Shown here: in pieces, positions 25,627 to 39,198 of the stretch
Layout of the letters: each line of letters begins with the position of its first letter
Numbering within the stretch: position 1 is the first letter of the stretch
Assembly (NCBI RefSeq): GCF_018350175.1
Contig: NC_058368.1
Coordinates: 176,330,001-176,394,000 of the forward strand
DNA from: Felis catus
Taxonomy: Eukaryota
DNA length: 64,000 bases
Direction: 5' to 3'
Notes under the pieces: model-generated
Databases searched by the model: none
The model's input: only the letters and a program-made list of their open reading frames with translations
Told to the model about the DNA's origin: nothing
Made by a program: the position numbers and the translations under genes

Positions 25627-28600
25627 CTGCAGGAAGGACACAGCAGGATGAGGCAGGGGGACAGGCACTGACCAGCCGGCAGCTCTTTCTATGCCACTTC
25701 AATTCTAAACCTGCTTGGCATTGCTGGGAGGCTGTTTCCAAATTTTCATTGCCAAACAGCCCTTCTTCGTTTCCCCCACTCTGGACACCAGGAATTGAGA
25801 GACTCCATCTATCAGGATCTTTACTCCTGCATTGTGTATGATACTAAAATTCTGGAAACAACCCAAATGTCCATCAACAGGGCAACCGTTGAAAGGTGGG
25901 TACTGGGAGAAGCCACGCCCCAAGAGGTATTGTTACACAAAAAGAACTAAGTTGCAGAATGGAGTGGATAACCTGTTTCCATGTACTGGGGGGCAGGGAA
26001 AACTCACTCTCTATGCAGGAAGGTATAGAATTTTCTAGAAAGACACCCAAGAAACTATTAGCAATTTTAGTCCCTGGGGAAGAAGGCAGGATTTGATAAA
26101 GATCACATTTCATTGTGCACCCCCTGGTCCTGTTTGAATATTGTTGCTTTTGAAGCAATAAAAGTTTCAAAAAGAAAGAGCCCACAAGCCAGAAAAACAG
26201 TATTTATGAAGAATCCATTTCTTTCCCCATTTTCAGTGAACGGAAGATCAGTTCTCCCTCCGCCTGGCCCTGTCATATTCCACCCTGACCCACCACTGCT
26301 GGATGCGGGGAGGCTGCAGAGGGCAGGGACTGTGCCTTACTCATCTCTTGTCCCGGAACCCTGCACAGGGCCTGGCTCAGAGCACACAGCGTCAAGTGCT
26401 TACTAAATGAATGAACGGATGGAGGGATGGCTGGCCGGCCAGAGGAATGAATGGAGAACAGATGAATCAGCTTCTGATAAGCATGAGGTAACCGGAATCA
26501 AACACGAGGCGGATAGAATGCTGGCCGAAAGCTGCCAAATGTCACCCAGGAAAGGTGTGAATTCCCTTGCACCTTCTGGGAGGTTCCGAGAAGCCCAAAG
26601 ACCCTTCTGTGGTTGCCTTCTACAGTCTCAGGTCAGGGATCATGGATATAAAAGCGCACGGGAATTTAGCCTTGAGTTTTCGAATCCTGGTCTACTGGCT
26701 GAATCAGTTCTGAGTCCTTGGACTTCCTTGCTGTAAGAGGGTGGGGGGTGTAGATGACAGCCATGGCCTCTTCCTGCCAATACTGCATCTTGGTGAGAAA
26801 AGGGTAGTGCTTCCTGAATTGTCTTGAGACCTGAGCCCTCTGAAAACCTCAGAAAAGCCCTGCAGCTTCAGGTCTGAGCCCATGAAGATCCCAATACCCC
26901 ACTTTCTCAAACCTGCTGTGGTCCTCGGGTATCAGGAGCAGTAGAGTTACCCAGGATTTAAAAGGCAGACCCCTGGGCCTCACCCCTGGAGATCCCCGCT
27001 CAGTGGTTCTGGAGTGGGGCTCAGAATCTTCATTTGAGATACAGCGCTCCAGATGCCCATCACCCCAGGTTAAAAACTTGAGGGAAAGGAAAGAGCGAAC
27101 GCCTTATGAAAAATCACACTCGTGGAAGTTCTGTTACAATTTGTACAAAATACAGAGGATCCTAAAAAGAAAAAATAAAACCGCCCACAAATCCGCCATC
27201 CACAGAAAACCCTGGGTTCACGTTCTTGCGTATAAACTGCTAGACTTATACATATATTCATGTCTTCCTAAAATTCGATCATACCGTACCTTTTTTCTAA
27301 GTACTAAACACCACAGATACCATTTTAGGCCCAAGACACAGAAGGTAAGCTCTGTAAGTGTTTCTTTTATTTGCTGCAAAATCCTCTAGCACAGGGCCTG
27401 GCACATAGTACGTCCTCAATAAACGTTTGCTGCCTGAATGCCAGCAGAGGTCTGACACATCATGGTCAGTGGCTGCACGCAACTCCCAGCGCAGCCCCGT
27501 AAATGTACTCAACCAACCCCCCCGACCCCATGGCTAGACACTGACGCTGTTCCTCATTTGCACTCTTGTAAACAATGACCTAATGAACATTATTTTCCTA
27601 AATCTGTGCACACTCTCTTAATTATTTCCTTAGCTTACTCTCCTATGAGTAGAAATGATGACTCAAACGCAATGACCATATTTAGGGCCTTTGATAGCCT
27701 TTGCCAAATGCCCACTAGAGACACCGCACCTAATTCCACCCACATGGATTCCTCGTCAGTGGACCCCCTCCAAGGGGCTGCTGGCTCCCACCTGATCCTG
27801 TCAGGCCCACATACCCTTTCGCTCCCTCCCAACAGCTTATTATGGAAAAATTCAAACACAGAAAAAATGGGGAATCATATTATGAGCCCCACATACCTTA
27901 TTCCCCAGGTTTGGCAATTAACAACACATGGCCGATTCTGCTTCATCCCTACCCTACTGTCCCCCCCCACCCCATTTTATTTTGAAGCAAATCCCAGACA
28001 TCACATCAATTCATCCACAGATATTTTAGTTATGTCTCCATAAAAGATAAAGACTCTTAAAAAACAAAACACAACAACCACAATGTCATCGTCATGGCTA
28101 AAACATCGACAATCACTCCTCAGGAGGAAAACAGGTCACTCCAAGTGGGGGTTACTTTAGACAAGATGCTCAGGGAGGGCCTCTCGGAGGTGGTGGCTTT
28201 TGAGCGGAGACCTATACGACAACCCTCAGTGGGAAGATCTGAGAGCAGAGAGGGCAGGCAGCAAAGGCAAAGCCCTGGCAGGGACATCAAGCTGGAGGGC
28301 CGAGGGAAGGAAAAGCCAGCCCTACCCCTGGCTGCCTGTTGTCTGATCTAATGCATTTTCCTTCCCACTGAAGCCAGCCCGGGATGGCTTTCGTCACTAG
28401 CCCTGGGGCAGGCAGGGTTTGCTGCGCATACGCTCTGGTTCCTTTCCTCGCTCGGTTCTATTTCAATATCAGGCCGCCGAGGGGTCCATGCTGACTGCAA
28501 GTGCACGTGGATGGCCGCCTTGGGACAGCGCGCTGCCCTTACCCAGAACTGCAACGACTACACCATCACCCGAAGGATCATCACCCTCACTTACAATCAG

Positions 28601-29833
28601 ACATTTGCGTGAAAAGAAGAAGGCACTGCTCACACTCATATGCTGCAGGAGGCGGCACGGAACGGGCGCGCACCCAGGGGGAAAGCAACGGGATAATGTA
28701 AATAAAGCAAAGACCGCAAATATCACAGACATTACCGGAATGGTAAAAAACTAGAAAAAACTAGACAGACATTTTCCACGAGAAGACAATGCCTTAATAG
28801 AGCACAGCAGAGCTGTTAGATGGGCGACCATGCCTCTGTCACCACTGGAAAAACTATACAAAAATTGTGGTTAACGTAACAATGTCAAGTACAAAAATCA
28901 GAAGGTAAACTGCCGTCTACTTGCTTTGAAAAAATGACCTCCGCTGATGGACAAGCGTTCACGGGGACACGGAGAAATGAAAAGTGTGATTTGTTGTGGG
29001 GGGGGGGGGAAGGTTAGGTCATGGACAGCTGTTTTCTTTTGCGTGAATTTCTGACTATCAGAGAGAACAGTGTATTTTAAGAAACAATGAGAAAAGCCTT
29101 ATGGGTAAAAAAAAAAAGTGAGCTCAGGTGAGGAAATAAGTCAAGGTAACCTGTCTTGCAGGATCCAGCGGATGAATGCATTTAAGCAGACGCGCCACCT
29201 GGACCCATTCTGTGCGTGCATCCGTGGCCCTAGGTGTGTGCACGTGTGCATGTGTAGGTGTGTAAACATTCATTAGATGAGGCCACAGACAGCTGTGTAC
29301 GTACATGTGTCAGCGTGTAAAGACACGGAGCCCTCTTTACTTAGGGCCAAGATGCCAGAATGCTGAGGGGGTAGACAGCTCAGGGAGGGGGCACTGGTGG
29401 GTGGGAGGGGCTCAGCCAGGAGGAGAGTATGGGGTTGGGGGGCGGCCCAGGTGGTCAGACCTGACTGGGCCATCCACAGCCCTGTTCTCACAGTGCCACT
29501 GGAACCAAAATAAATCCGGGCTCTGCCATGACTCCCTGTGGGATCTTAGGGGATTATATTGCCTAACAACAATCATGTGGCATGAGAACAATAATGATGA
29601 TAATAGCTGGTATTCACCGAGCACTTATGATGTTGCCTAGGGCTGTCACATACTTTCCCCCGGGGGGCAGAGGTCCCCTCTTCTGTAAGACGGGGCTGGT
29701 TCCCCCTTCCCCACAGGCCAGCTGTGGGAACGAACGAAGCACTGACAGCTCTGCTCACGGTGAGTGCGTGATAAATAAACGTTCCCTTCTTCTCCCCCTT
29801 TCCCAGCCCCCAGTCGGGATATGGGATACATAC

Positions 29834-29894
29834 GGTTGGAGGTGAGTCTGTCTGCTCCCCCGAGAGCGTTGAAAGCTCCATGGACATTCTGGAC
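29834..29894 (-). CDS. ERGIC1: ERGIC1 exon 7 (61 nt)
   Basis: ccacAG|GTC CAG AAT...TCC AAC C|GTATGT; encodes VQNVHGAFNALGGADRLTSN(P). Confidence 0.95.
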
Positions 29895-32563
29895 CTGTGG
29901 AGAAGCACAGTGAGGGGGCTGACCTCAGAATGCCACCACCTCCAGGTATAGCCCTGGCCGTGAGGGGACGGCCAGGTGCCACCTGGTTTAGGGACCTTAC
30001 CCAGCACGGTCTGTCTCGTAGAGAAGCTGTGGGGAGCGAGAGAGAGACACGGGACGGGGTCTGGCACCTGGCAGGCACTAGCTTGCTTCCCATCTTAGGT
30101 ACCTCTAATGTGCCACTCTGTCCTGTGTACTTCTAGCCATCTCATTTAATGCCCCTAATGATGTACTGTTGACCCCATTTTACAGAAGAGCAGACCAAGG
30201 CTTGGAGAAGCACTGAAACTTGTCCAGCATCACACGGCTGATAACTGGCTGAGCCAAACTCCAAATTCAGGTATCTGACCTCAAGCCTGAGCTCCTTCCA
30301 TCAAGGCACTCAGGAAATACAAGTACAGGTGAGTCTAGGTCCCAGCACACGCCTCCTGAGATCCTCTACAGCTCACAGTTCACTGGCAGCTCACAGGGCT
30401 GCTGGCCTCACTGTATCTGCTACAGAGAACATGTAGCAGTTGTGGGGCTGAAGGCCACACCCTACCTATTCCCTGATGATGAGGGGAAACCACGTCAGCC
30501 ATAGGAAAGTCTAAAGCAGGGCAAGGCATGGGGCACATGGGGCATGCCACCATGGGCATGATTAACAGGGGTTGCCAACGTAGACACGCTGGAGGGCTTC
30601 TTGGAGGCAGTGACACTGACACCCAGGAAAGTGGGAAGTTAATCAGGCAAGCAGCATGTGTGAAGGCATGAGCCTGGAGACTGAGGAATAAACAGAGGCC
30701 TGTGTGGCCCCAGAGGAAGGAGGTAAGAAGCAGGAAGTAGGGAGGTCAGAGAGGAGGTGAGAACAGGCTCCTGCAGAGAGGGCCACTTCAGGAACAGTGG
30801 GAAGTAGCTGGGTGGCCTGATCTTTGATCCTGGTCTCAGGTGGCTGACGTCTCTCGAGCACTTAACAGAGCTGCACACCCTTAACAAGTCCAAAGAAAAG
30901 GAAAATCTGTCCAGTGCTGCCTTAGGGAATGACAATCTGACGACTTGGTTTCTAACCCAAGAAGATGGTGGTTATGGACACGAGAGCGAGAATGTTCCCT
31001 CCCACAGTCACGTGTCATGGTTTTATCTCACATTCATTTGTATGATCACTTGATTAACTTCTGTTTTCCCCTCTAGACTGTAGGTTCCACAAGAGCAGGG
31101 ACCGTGCTTGTCCTCAGCGACGTGCACAAGGCACATCATGTGCCTAATAGGTGCTCAAGAAATATTTGTTGCATGGATGATGGATAATGGATGGGTAGAT
31201 GGAGCCTCAGTTGTTCTGGGTTTTTTCCACTTAAAGAAAATCCTATTTCCACCATAACCATGACCAAGAAGAAGGCTGTTACTGCCCTGCTCTGTCCACA
31301 GCACACAACAACACAAGACTGCCCCCTCTCCCACCCATCTGTCCCCTTCCTTTCTCCCTGCTATCCAGCCTCAGTCCGCGCCCTGGCTCCCCTGGCCCTG
31401 GCTGCAGCCCTTCCGTCACCTCCACTCTGGCCTCACGACCATCCTCCACACCGCAGGCGGGTGCTCTAACACACCAACCTGCCCGAATCTAGTAAAGCTC
31501 AGCTCTCTGCTCCCATCCCAGGACACTGCCGCACCCTCTCTGCCAACTCCGAGGAGCGCTCACTTCCCAGGCTTCATTACAGAACACCATTCTGACGATG
31601 TGGACACCTGCTGATTCATTTTTTTCTAAAATAACCTTGCGGCTCTTTTATATGAAAATGACCAACTGGGCGTGTCATAGAGTGGGAGATGTGGGAGATG
31701 CCCCTTTGCCCATGAGACTTCCCTGTGAGCCTGACCAAATCCTCACTCTCAGGGCTTGACTTACATGTCACCTGAGAGGTCACCTCCCTGACCTCCCAGG
31801 CTGGGAGGTACCCTGTCCCTGCTCCCATATCACTGCCCAGAATCCTCTGCCTCTCTTGTCCTTAGCCCTCCTTGTCCTATATCATCATGTTTATTTGTTT
31901 GATCTTTTCTTCTTTTGAGAGCAAGAACCCTGTATTGTTTACCCATCATGTAGCCCCAGGGCCTGGCACAGAGCAGAAATTTCAAGAGGGTCTGACGGAC
32001 CCATGACTATATGGGGCACGGTGACAGAAGACCTGGGGCCAGACATATCTGGTTTCTTAGAAGCTGTGTGACCTTGGGCAAGCTACTGAATCCCTCTGAC
32101 CCAGTTTTCTCATCAGGAAAAATAAATGCCACCCAGTATCCTTGAGGGGAGTTTTTGTGAGGATTCAACAAGATGTCATCTGTAATGTTGCTCTCTAGGT
32201 AAGAAAGTGCAGGCTTCCGGGGTCAAAACCTCCCACAGGGAAGGAGTGTGGTGTGGTACAAAGACTGGGTTTGAACTCTGCCTGTGCAGAGCTGAGTGAC
32301 CCTGGACTCACAACTCCACGTGTCAGTTTCCTCCTGTGCCCACTAGAGTTCACAGACACCACCTTCCCAGGGCTGTGGTGCAGATTTGGTGAGCTGGTGG
32401 GTGCAAAGGCAGCTAAGAGACTGCCCAACACCTAGTATGTGGAGGGCCCACTGCCTACTACATGCTTGTGGTTTGTTAGCTACTGTCCCACTGGGGGTGG
32501 TGACCACCCCACATCCTGTCTCCTTCGTGGCCGTGTGAGCCCCTCAACGGCTGGCAGCATGCC

Positions 32564-32783
32564 TTTTTTTGTTGTTGTTTAATTTTTTAATGTTTGTTTA
32601 TTTCTGAGAGACAGAGTGTGAGCAGGGGAGGGGCAGGGAGAGAGGGAGACACAGAATCTGAAGCAGGCTCCAGGCTCTGAGCCGTCAGCACAGAGCCCGA
32701 CGCGGGGCCTGAGCTCACAAACCGCGAGATCATGACTTGAGCCGAAGTCGGACACTTAACCGACTGAGCCACCCCGGCGCCCC
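32564..32783 (-). mobile_element. SINEC_Fc-like SINE
   Basis: Full body; TSD gg(c/t)tggcagcatgc. Confidence 0.93.
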
Positions 32784-34684
32784 AGGGTTGGCAGCATGCT
32801 TTATCTTGCAGGACCTGGTGCAGAGTGAGGGTACAAATAGCAACAACAGTGGTAATAGCTCATTTCACTGACCACTTACTCTGTGCCTGGCACTGTTCTA
32901 AGGGCTTTGTGTGCATGAATTTGTTTTATCTCCACTACAATCCTATCAGGCGGGTATATTACTGACCCCATTTTACAGATGGGATAACTGAGGCCCACCA
33001 GGACTAAATACTTTATCCAAGGTCACACAACTAGTAAGTGGTGGAGCCACGATTTGAATCCAGAAAGACAGGCTGGGAACCTCTGCACGACCACCCCCTG
33101 AATGGAGAGATGGGATGATACGCGTGGTGAACCCTGTGTGAAGTGAGTCCATAGTCCTGGGGCAGGCCGAGTGTGTAGTTAGGGAGTCTGGCTCCTGGCA
33201 CTCAGGGAGACCAGGATTTCTCTGTTCCTAAGCCCTATCTCCAAGAGGAAAAATCTCCGTGATTTCCAAAGGGACTGGAAAGGTGATGATTGGGCCACTC
33301 AGGCCGGGCACAAGGGGCCACGTGCAGTGGAGAGAGGAGGTGTGAGCATGCACACGTACTTAAAGGGCAGTGTGCACTCAAGAGGGTGCATGGGGACGCA
33401 GAACCAGCAGTGTGGCCTGAAACCAGACTGTTGATTCAAACTCAGGCTCTGTGACAGACTGCACCCTCCCTGTGCCTCAATTTCCTCACCTGTAAAATGG
33501 AGAAAATAAAGTACCCACCTCTTGGGCTGCTAAGCATGAAGAAGGTCATGCTTATAAAGAACAGTGCTTGGCAGGTTCACGTGAGTGGGGCAGTGCAGGC
33601 ACGAGCGTGTATGTGAGACCTTCCAACGTGGGTGAGTCTGTGCACTTCCGGGTGGTGTGTGTGAGCTGTGTCTGTGCAAGGGTCTGAGTGTGTGTCCATC
33701 TGGTATGTGTGCTTAGGGATGGATCTTACGGTGTACGTAGGACCACAAGTATGTCTGGGCATACCTTTCAGTGTGTGTGATGCGTGTGTGCATATAAGTG
33801 GCATAATGTTGTGTGTGCTGGGCTTGCGGGCCTGTGTGAGCCCCATGTGCACACCACCATTCCTGAGGGACCCCACCCCCCAGCACCCTCAACCAGGATC
33901 CGGGATTCTCATCAAGCAAGGCTTGGGGGCAGGACCTGGGGTCCCGATCCCAGCACTGTGGCTGGAGCAATGACTTTCCCGCTCTGAGCCTCAATTCCAG
34001 AATCCACCTTTAGGACCATGGTGAGCGGTAGAAAAAAGACAGAACATCCAAGCTCCCCTGCCTGCGGCTGGTAGAGAGTGGGGGCGGGGGGACTGGGCGC
34101 GCCTGTGTTCCGTCCCCTCACACGGCTGCCATGGGTAGGGAGCTGCTGGGCCAGGCCCGCTGAAGGCGGCCCTCTCCATCATAACAAGGACTGTCAGAAG
34201 GCTTCGTCCGCTGTGTTACCCCTATTTGGTGGGCATGGGTACTGGGCTGGAAGGCAGAAAGGGCCACAGAGGGGAGCGGGCCGGACTCTGGCATCGAACA
34301 GATCTGCTGGCAGACCCTGGACAAGAGGCTTCTCTGGGCCCAGCTCCATGACTGTAACACGCGGTGCCTCCTTGTGCCTCATAAGGCTGCGCCAGCACGG
34401 AGAGAGCACCAGCACTTAGTACTTGCTCATGAAAAGCAAGTCCCTTTCCCCAGCCTCCAGGTCTCAACCCAAGGTTCCAAGTCCAGTGCACTGTCAATAA
34501 AACTGCAGTCGCACGCCCAGAAGGAATGATACAGAGGAGCTGTTTGACGGAGCAGAGACTCAGAGGAGGTGACCCCTCTACACGTCATCTCTCTGTGCCC
34601 AGAGAGGACAGAAGCCTCCGGGTGACACGGCCGCCTCGCTGTACGCCCACCCCAGTCATGTCACCTTGAGTGTGCCCTGCTCAC

Positions 34685-34789
34685 CTGCAGTGTGTCCCCA
34701 AAGGAGAGCTTGTGGATGACATGGGTCATGTCCGGGTTCTGTGGCTGGGCTGTGGCACTGTGTGTAGACACGTGGAAGTTGCCTGGGAC
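34685..34789 (-). CDS. ERGIC1: ERGIC1 exon 6 (105 nt)
   Basis: cccccAG|GTC CCA GGC AAC...CTG CAG|GTGAGC; encodes VPGNFHVSTHSATAQPQNPDMTHVIHKLSFGDTLQ, including the GNFH motif of the Erv41/Erv46 family. Confidence 0.96.
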
Positions 34790-35997
34790 CTGGGGGGAGA
34801 GATACAGGTTTCAGGATTGTCGTTGGCTGCCGCAGAGGGTGGGCTGCAGGTCTTCACTCTGGTGTCAGACAGATCTGGATTTGGATCCCAGCCTGGTCCA
34901 AGCCATGGGACTCTGAAGGAGCCGCTGCCCTTCCCTGAGCCTCAGGTTCCTCATCCGTAGAATGGGTGCAGTAGCAGAAGCTACCCGAGGGGGCTGCTGG
35001 GATTATGGGAGGAGGAAATACATGCGAGGCATCCAGCTGGGTCCCTGGCACAGGCCAGAGCTCGAAATGGCAGCTGCCCACCAACTTCCTGGCTGTCGGC
35101 CCCATAGCAGGTTGAGGCCCACGGACCAACCGAACCTGCTCAAAATCCAAATCAACACCACCGTTCACCCCAATTTGCCCCATCACCTTAGGCTGGGGGA
35201 TCCTTGAAGGCACGGCTGTGGTGGCCTCCTCTCCTCCCTGGGCCTTGAGGCCCTGGCAGAGCACAGCCCAGGAGAGGCACTGATATCCTGTGACCAGGAC
35301 CTCCCTGGGTTCTGCTGGGGCATCTCTGTTGCACTAAAAGGCCCCTCCTCCACCAAGCTACTCAGGCCAAGCCCTCGGGATCATCCTGACCCCCTACCTT
35401 TCCCTCACACCTGGCCACCTGCTCACCAGGAAAGGCTGTCCGCTCCACCCTCACGACACGTAGCACCTGACCTTCTCAAGCCTCCAGTGCTCCCCTGGGG
35501 CAGCTTCCTCACTGGGCCCCCAGCTTGCACCCTTGGCACCCACAGGCCCTCCCCCAACAACAGCCAGAGGGGGTCCTTTTGAACCCCACCTCTGATCGTG
35601 TCACTCCTCTGCTCACAACCTCCTTTGTGTACTCCCTCTGGCCGGGAACGGCCTACCGTGGAGGTCCTACCTCGGTCCTTCGTACTTGTGACCCCTTCCT
35701 GGAACCCTCTTTGACATGGCTCTCCCCTCCCTGTTTTCCCTCAGGCCTCTGCTCGGGGAGCCCCCTGACCCCGATTCCCCAAACCCTTTGGCCTGCTAAA
35801 GCACTCAGCAGCACCTGCCACCGTATCTTTATCTCGTTCTATTCTGCTTCCTCACCGGGGAACGTAAGCTCCACGCTGGTAGGGAGTTGTGTCTGATTTG
35901 CTCTGCACTCCCCAGACCCTGGTAGATGCCCACTACATTAGGTACTGGATGAATGAACAAACCAAAGAAAGACATTAGTTCTTAAAATAGCATTTGT

Positions 35998-36240
35998 GGG
36001 GCACCTGGGTGACACAGTCAGTTAAGTGTCTGACTCTTGATCTCGGCTCAGGTCATGATCTCACGGTTCATGAGATGCAGCCCCGCACCGGGCTCTGTGC
36101 TGATGGTGCAGAGCCTGCTTCGGATCCTGTCTCTCCTTCTCTCTGCCCCTCGCCCGCTTGTGCTCTCTCGCCTGCGTTCTCGCTCTCAAAATAAATAAAC
36201 ATTGAAAAACTGTTCTAAATAAAAAGTAAATAAATTCTGG
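35998..36240 (+). mobile_element. Carnivore SINE
   Basis: GGGGCACCTGGGTG head; TSD aaatagcattt. Confidence 0.9.
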
Positions 36241-37551
36241 AAATAGCATTTTTGATTGTGACATCTGGTAATTTCTATTTTACAGAAAAGAAAACTAAGG
36301 CTCGGAACAGTGAAGACACTTGCTAAGAAACATGCCAAGAGCTGTGGTTTGAACTCAGGGATGCTGGCCTCCAGACTCCGCACACTGAAGCTGGACATGA
36401 TACTCCCTCCCGCCATTTACCTCAGCAGCCCTGGGTTGATGGCCACATGCAGCCATCCTTTGGGACGTGCTGGTTTTGGGAAGACAGCCCAAACAAGAAC
36501 CTGACCCTGGACGAGCCTCTGGCCTGTGGTGACACAGGTTTGGAACAGAAAATGAGACTGCGTGACCCACACCGGACCAGAGAGATGTAGACCGTGGGGG
36601 CCGTGGGGAGGGCCCCCAACTCAGTTGGGAGTGTTCCGAGAGGGCTTCTCAGCAGAAAGGACCCTCTTGTGCTAAGGCTGTAAAAATGAGTCTGCAGGAC
36701 TCGGGAAGAGGGAGAAAGGCATCAGAGCTGATGGGTCAGCATGACGAGTACGGAGGTCAGAAACTGCCCGGTTGGTGGGCACGTGTAAGGAACTAGAACG
36801 GTCTGTAGGGGTGGTAGTGGCAGAAAATAAAGAGGCATAAGAGGGAGATGGGGCGGTTCAGTAAAGGCCCCAAATGCCATGCTGAAAAACGCAGTGTATT
36901 TTATTCCAGTTCAACGAACTGCATCAGAGGAAGGAATATGGCTTAGAGCTTCCGGCTAAGCAGCAGTCCATCAAAGTCTGCTTGTTTGGTGAGCGTGCCT
37001 GTTCCGAACACAAAGCTGTGGGCTGCTCACAGAAGTATTCCTGTCCTCACTAGGGCCTGGGCTTTGGACTCACCTGGAAGGTACCAGGCTGATAGGGTAC
37101 GGCCTGGCCTCGGCTCACAGGTGAGGCTAGAACGGAGCCTGAGACGTGGGCCTCAGGGGCCCAATTACCCGTGGTAGAATAGCAGCTGAGCTCCACACTC
37201 CAGTCCAGCCCCACTTCTCCGCTGGGGCGCCTTGGGCAAGGTCAGTAACCTGTGTGCCTCAGTTTCCCCATCAGCAAGATGGAGACGCTAGCTGCAAAAG
37301 GTTACTGAGAGGATTAAACAAAGTGGGGAGTGCAAAGCCAGTGGCAGCTGTTATTGGGCTGGGTTCCTAGCATGAACGTGTTCGTCATCAGAGCCAGGAC
37401 AGAAGAACCCTCCTGGAAGACAGAACCACATGTACACAGGCAGGGCATGGGGAAAAGCCCACTGTATCTTAAAAAAATATGTTTAAACTTTATTTTTACT
37501 TATATAAATAATAAATTATACATTTATATTATAAAAAAAAGGCACATGATC

Positions 37552-37666
37552 GGGGGGCCTGGGTGGCTCAGTCAGTTAAGCATCCGACTTGGGCTCAGGA
37601 CATGATCTCACAGTTCATGAGTTCGAGCCTCGTGTTGGAGCCCGGAGCCTTCTTCAGATTCTATGG

Positions 37667-37698
<32 letters not shown>

Positions 37699-37760
37699 CT
37701 CCCCCACTCTGTGTTTCTCTCTCTCAAAAATAAACAAAACATTAAAACAAAAATTAGAAG
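37552..37760 (+). mobile_element. Carnivore SINE (internally deleted)
   Basis: Perfect long TSD aaaaaaaaggcacatgatc (37533-37551 and 37761-37779); (CT)n tract. Confidence 0.92.
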
Positions 37761-38980
37761 AAAAAAAAGGCACATGATCAAGTGAGGACTAAAGGTCCCG
37801 TTGTCTATCACCTCTGGAAGAAACCAATAGCGTCCAGCACGTGTCCTTTGGCGTTCTTCCCTGAAGTGAGTGACACGGGGCCTCCGGTGGGCAGAGTTCA
37901 GAATGGGGTTTGGAGGCTGGGCCTCACGCTCCCAGAGTGAAGTGAGTCAAGGAGGCTGGCTCCCGCGCCATCTGCCACCCGCTGCCTCCCCCCGAGGCTG
38001 TGACTCAGTGACCCACTCCCCCTCCACAAGGAATCCATCACAGGTGGCTGACTCATGCCAGCACACGCTGGGCTGAAGAAAGAAACGACGACGCTTTTAG
38101 AGCCTGTGACTTAGGAACCTACGTCAGTGTCTCTGATAGATTTTAGAAGCATATAGATGGAGCCAGGCCCCAAACCCGGGCCCATCCTGCCCTCCTCCTG
38201 GGGGCTGGCTGATTAAGCGAGGAGTCTGGGCTGCTGGGGGCTGCTGGGGCAGCCTGGAACACTCGAACTTGGACCTCTGACTGCTGGCCAACTTCCTGAT
38301 GGACAGATAAGGAAGCCATGGGGCAAGTGTAAGCCTGATGCTGGGAGATAAAGGGGTGGGGGCCAGCTACTAACCTCACCCATCATCAGGGCACACCGTC
38401 ACGCTGGCTTTCTTGTCTGAGCACTGCCTGACTGAGAGCTCCTAGGAGGCAGGAACCCTGCACACAGGCAGAGTGGGAGTCTCCACTCCCTGCAAGGGTA
38501 CGAGGACAGAGGGTGGCCTGAGCCGTGACCTGGAGTGAATGGACACCAGTGGTCACAGCTCGTGTGACCAAGATGCTGGCAAGAAGAAGCAACAGGGGGG
38601 CGCAGGGGGAGAGCAGGGGCCCGGCGCCAGGCTGCCTGGGTTCAAAACCTACTTAATCTCTTTGGCCTCCGTTTCCTCAGAGCTGCTGCAAGGAGTAAGT
38701 AGGTTAATACAGGAAAGGGCCAGGTAAGAACCCAATCGGTGGTAGCCATAAGGCAAGGGCCAGCTTCACACCTTCCTAGAATCCCTGGCCCTCGCCAGCC
38801 AGAGAAGAGCAATTTCTTGAATGCCATCCACGCACATTTTAGGAGCACACCTGCACCCAGGTGACAGTGGGTGCCAGCTGATGAGATCACGGATGCTCCC
38901 ACTGATGGGAGAGAAAGCAGGCCAGGGAAAGGGCACCGAGGCTTGTTCCCGTCCCCACAGAGTTAAGTGCTTTGTATTTT

Positions 38981-39198
38981 ATTAAAAAAAATTTTTTTTT
39001 AAATGTTTATTCATTTTTGAGAGAGAGAGAGAGAAAGCGGGCAAGGGGCAGAAAGCGAGGGAGACACAGAATCTGAAGCAGGCTCTAGGCTCTGAGCTGT
39101 CAGCACAGAGCCTGACACGGGGCTCGAACCCATGAACCGTGAGATCACGACCTGAGCTGAAGTCGGACGCTTAACTGCCTGAGCCACCCAGGCGCCCC
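38981..39198 (-). mobile_element. SINEC_Fc-like SINE
   Basis: Full body; TSD aa(g/a)tgctttgtatttt. Confidence 0.93.

Noticed and set aside
28510..28535. REST/NRSE-like GGACAGCGC
   Set aside because: Only the right half-site matches; the TTCAGCACC half is absent.
29839..29848. Perfect donor GAG|GTGAGT on the + strand inside exon 7
   Set aside because: Explained by the Leu-Thr-Ser codons of ERGIC1 on the opposite strand; no antisense exon is evident.
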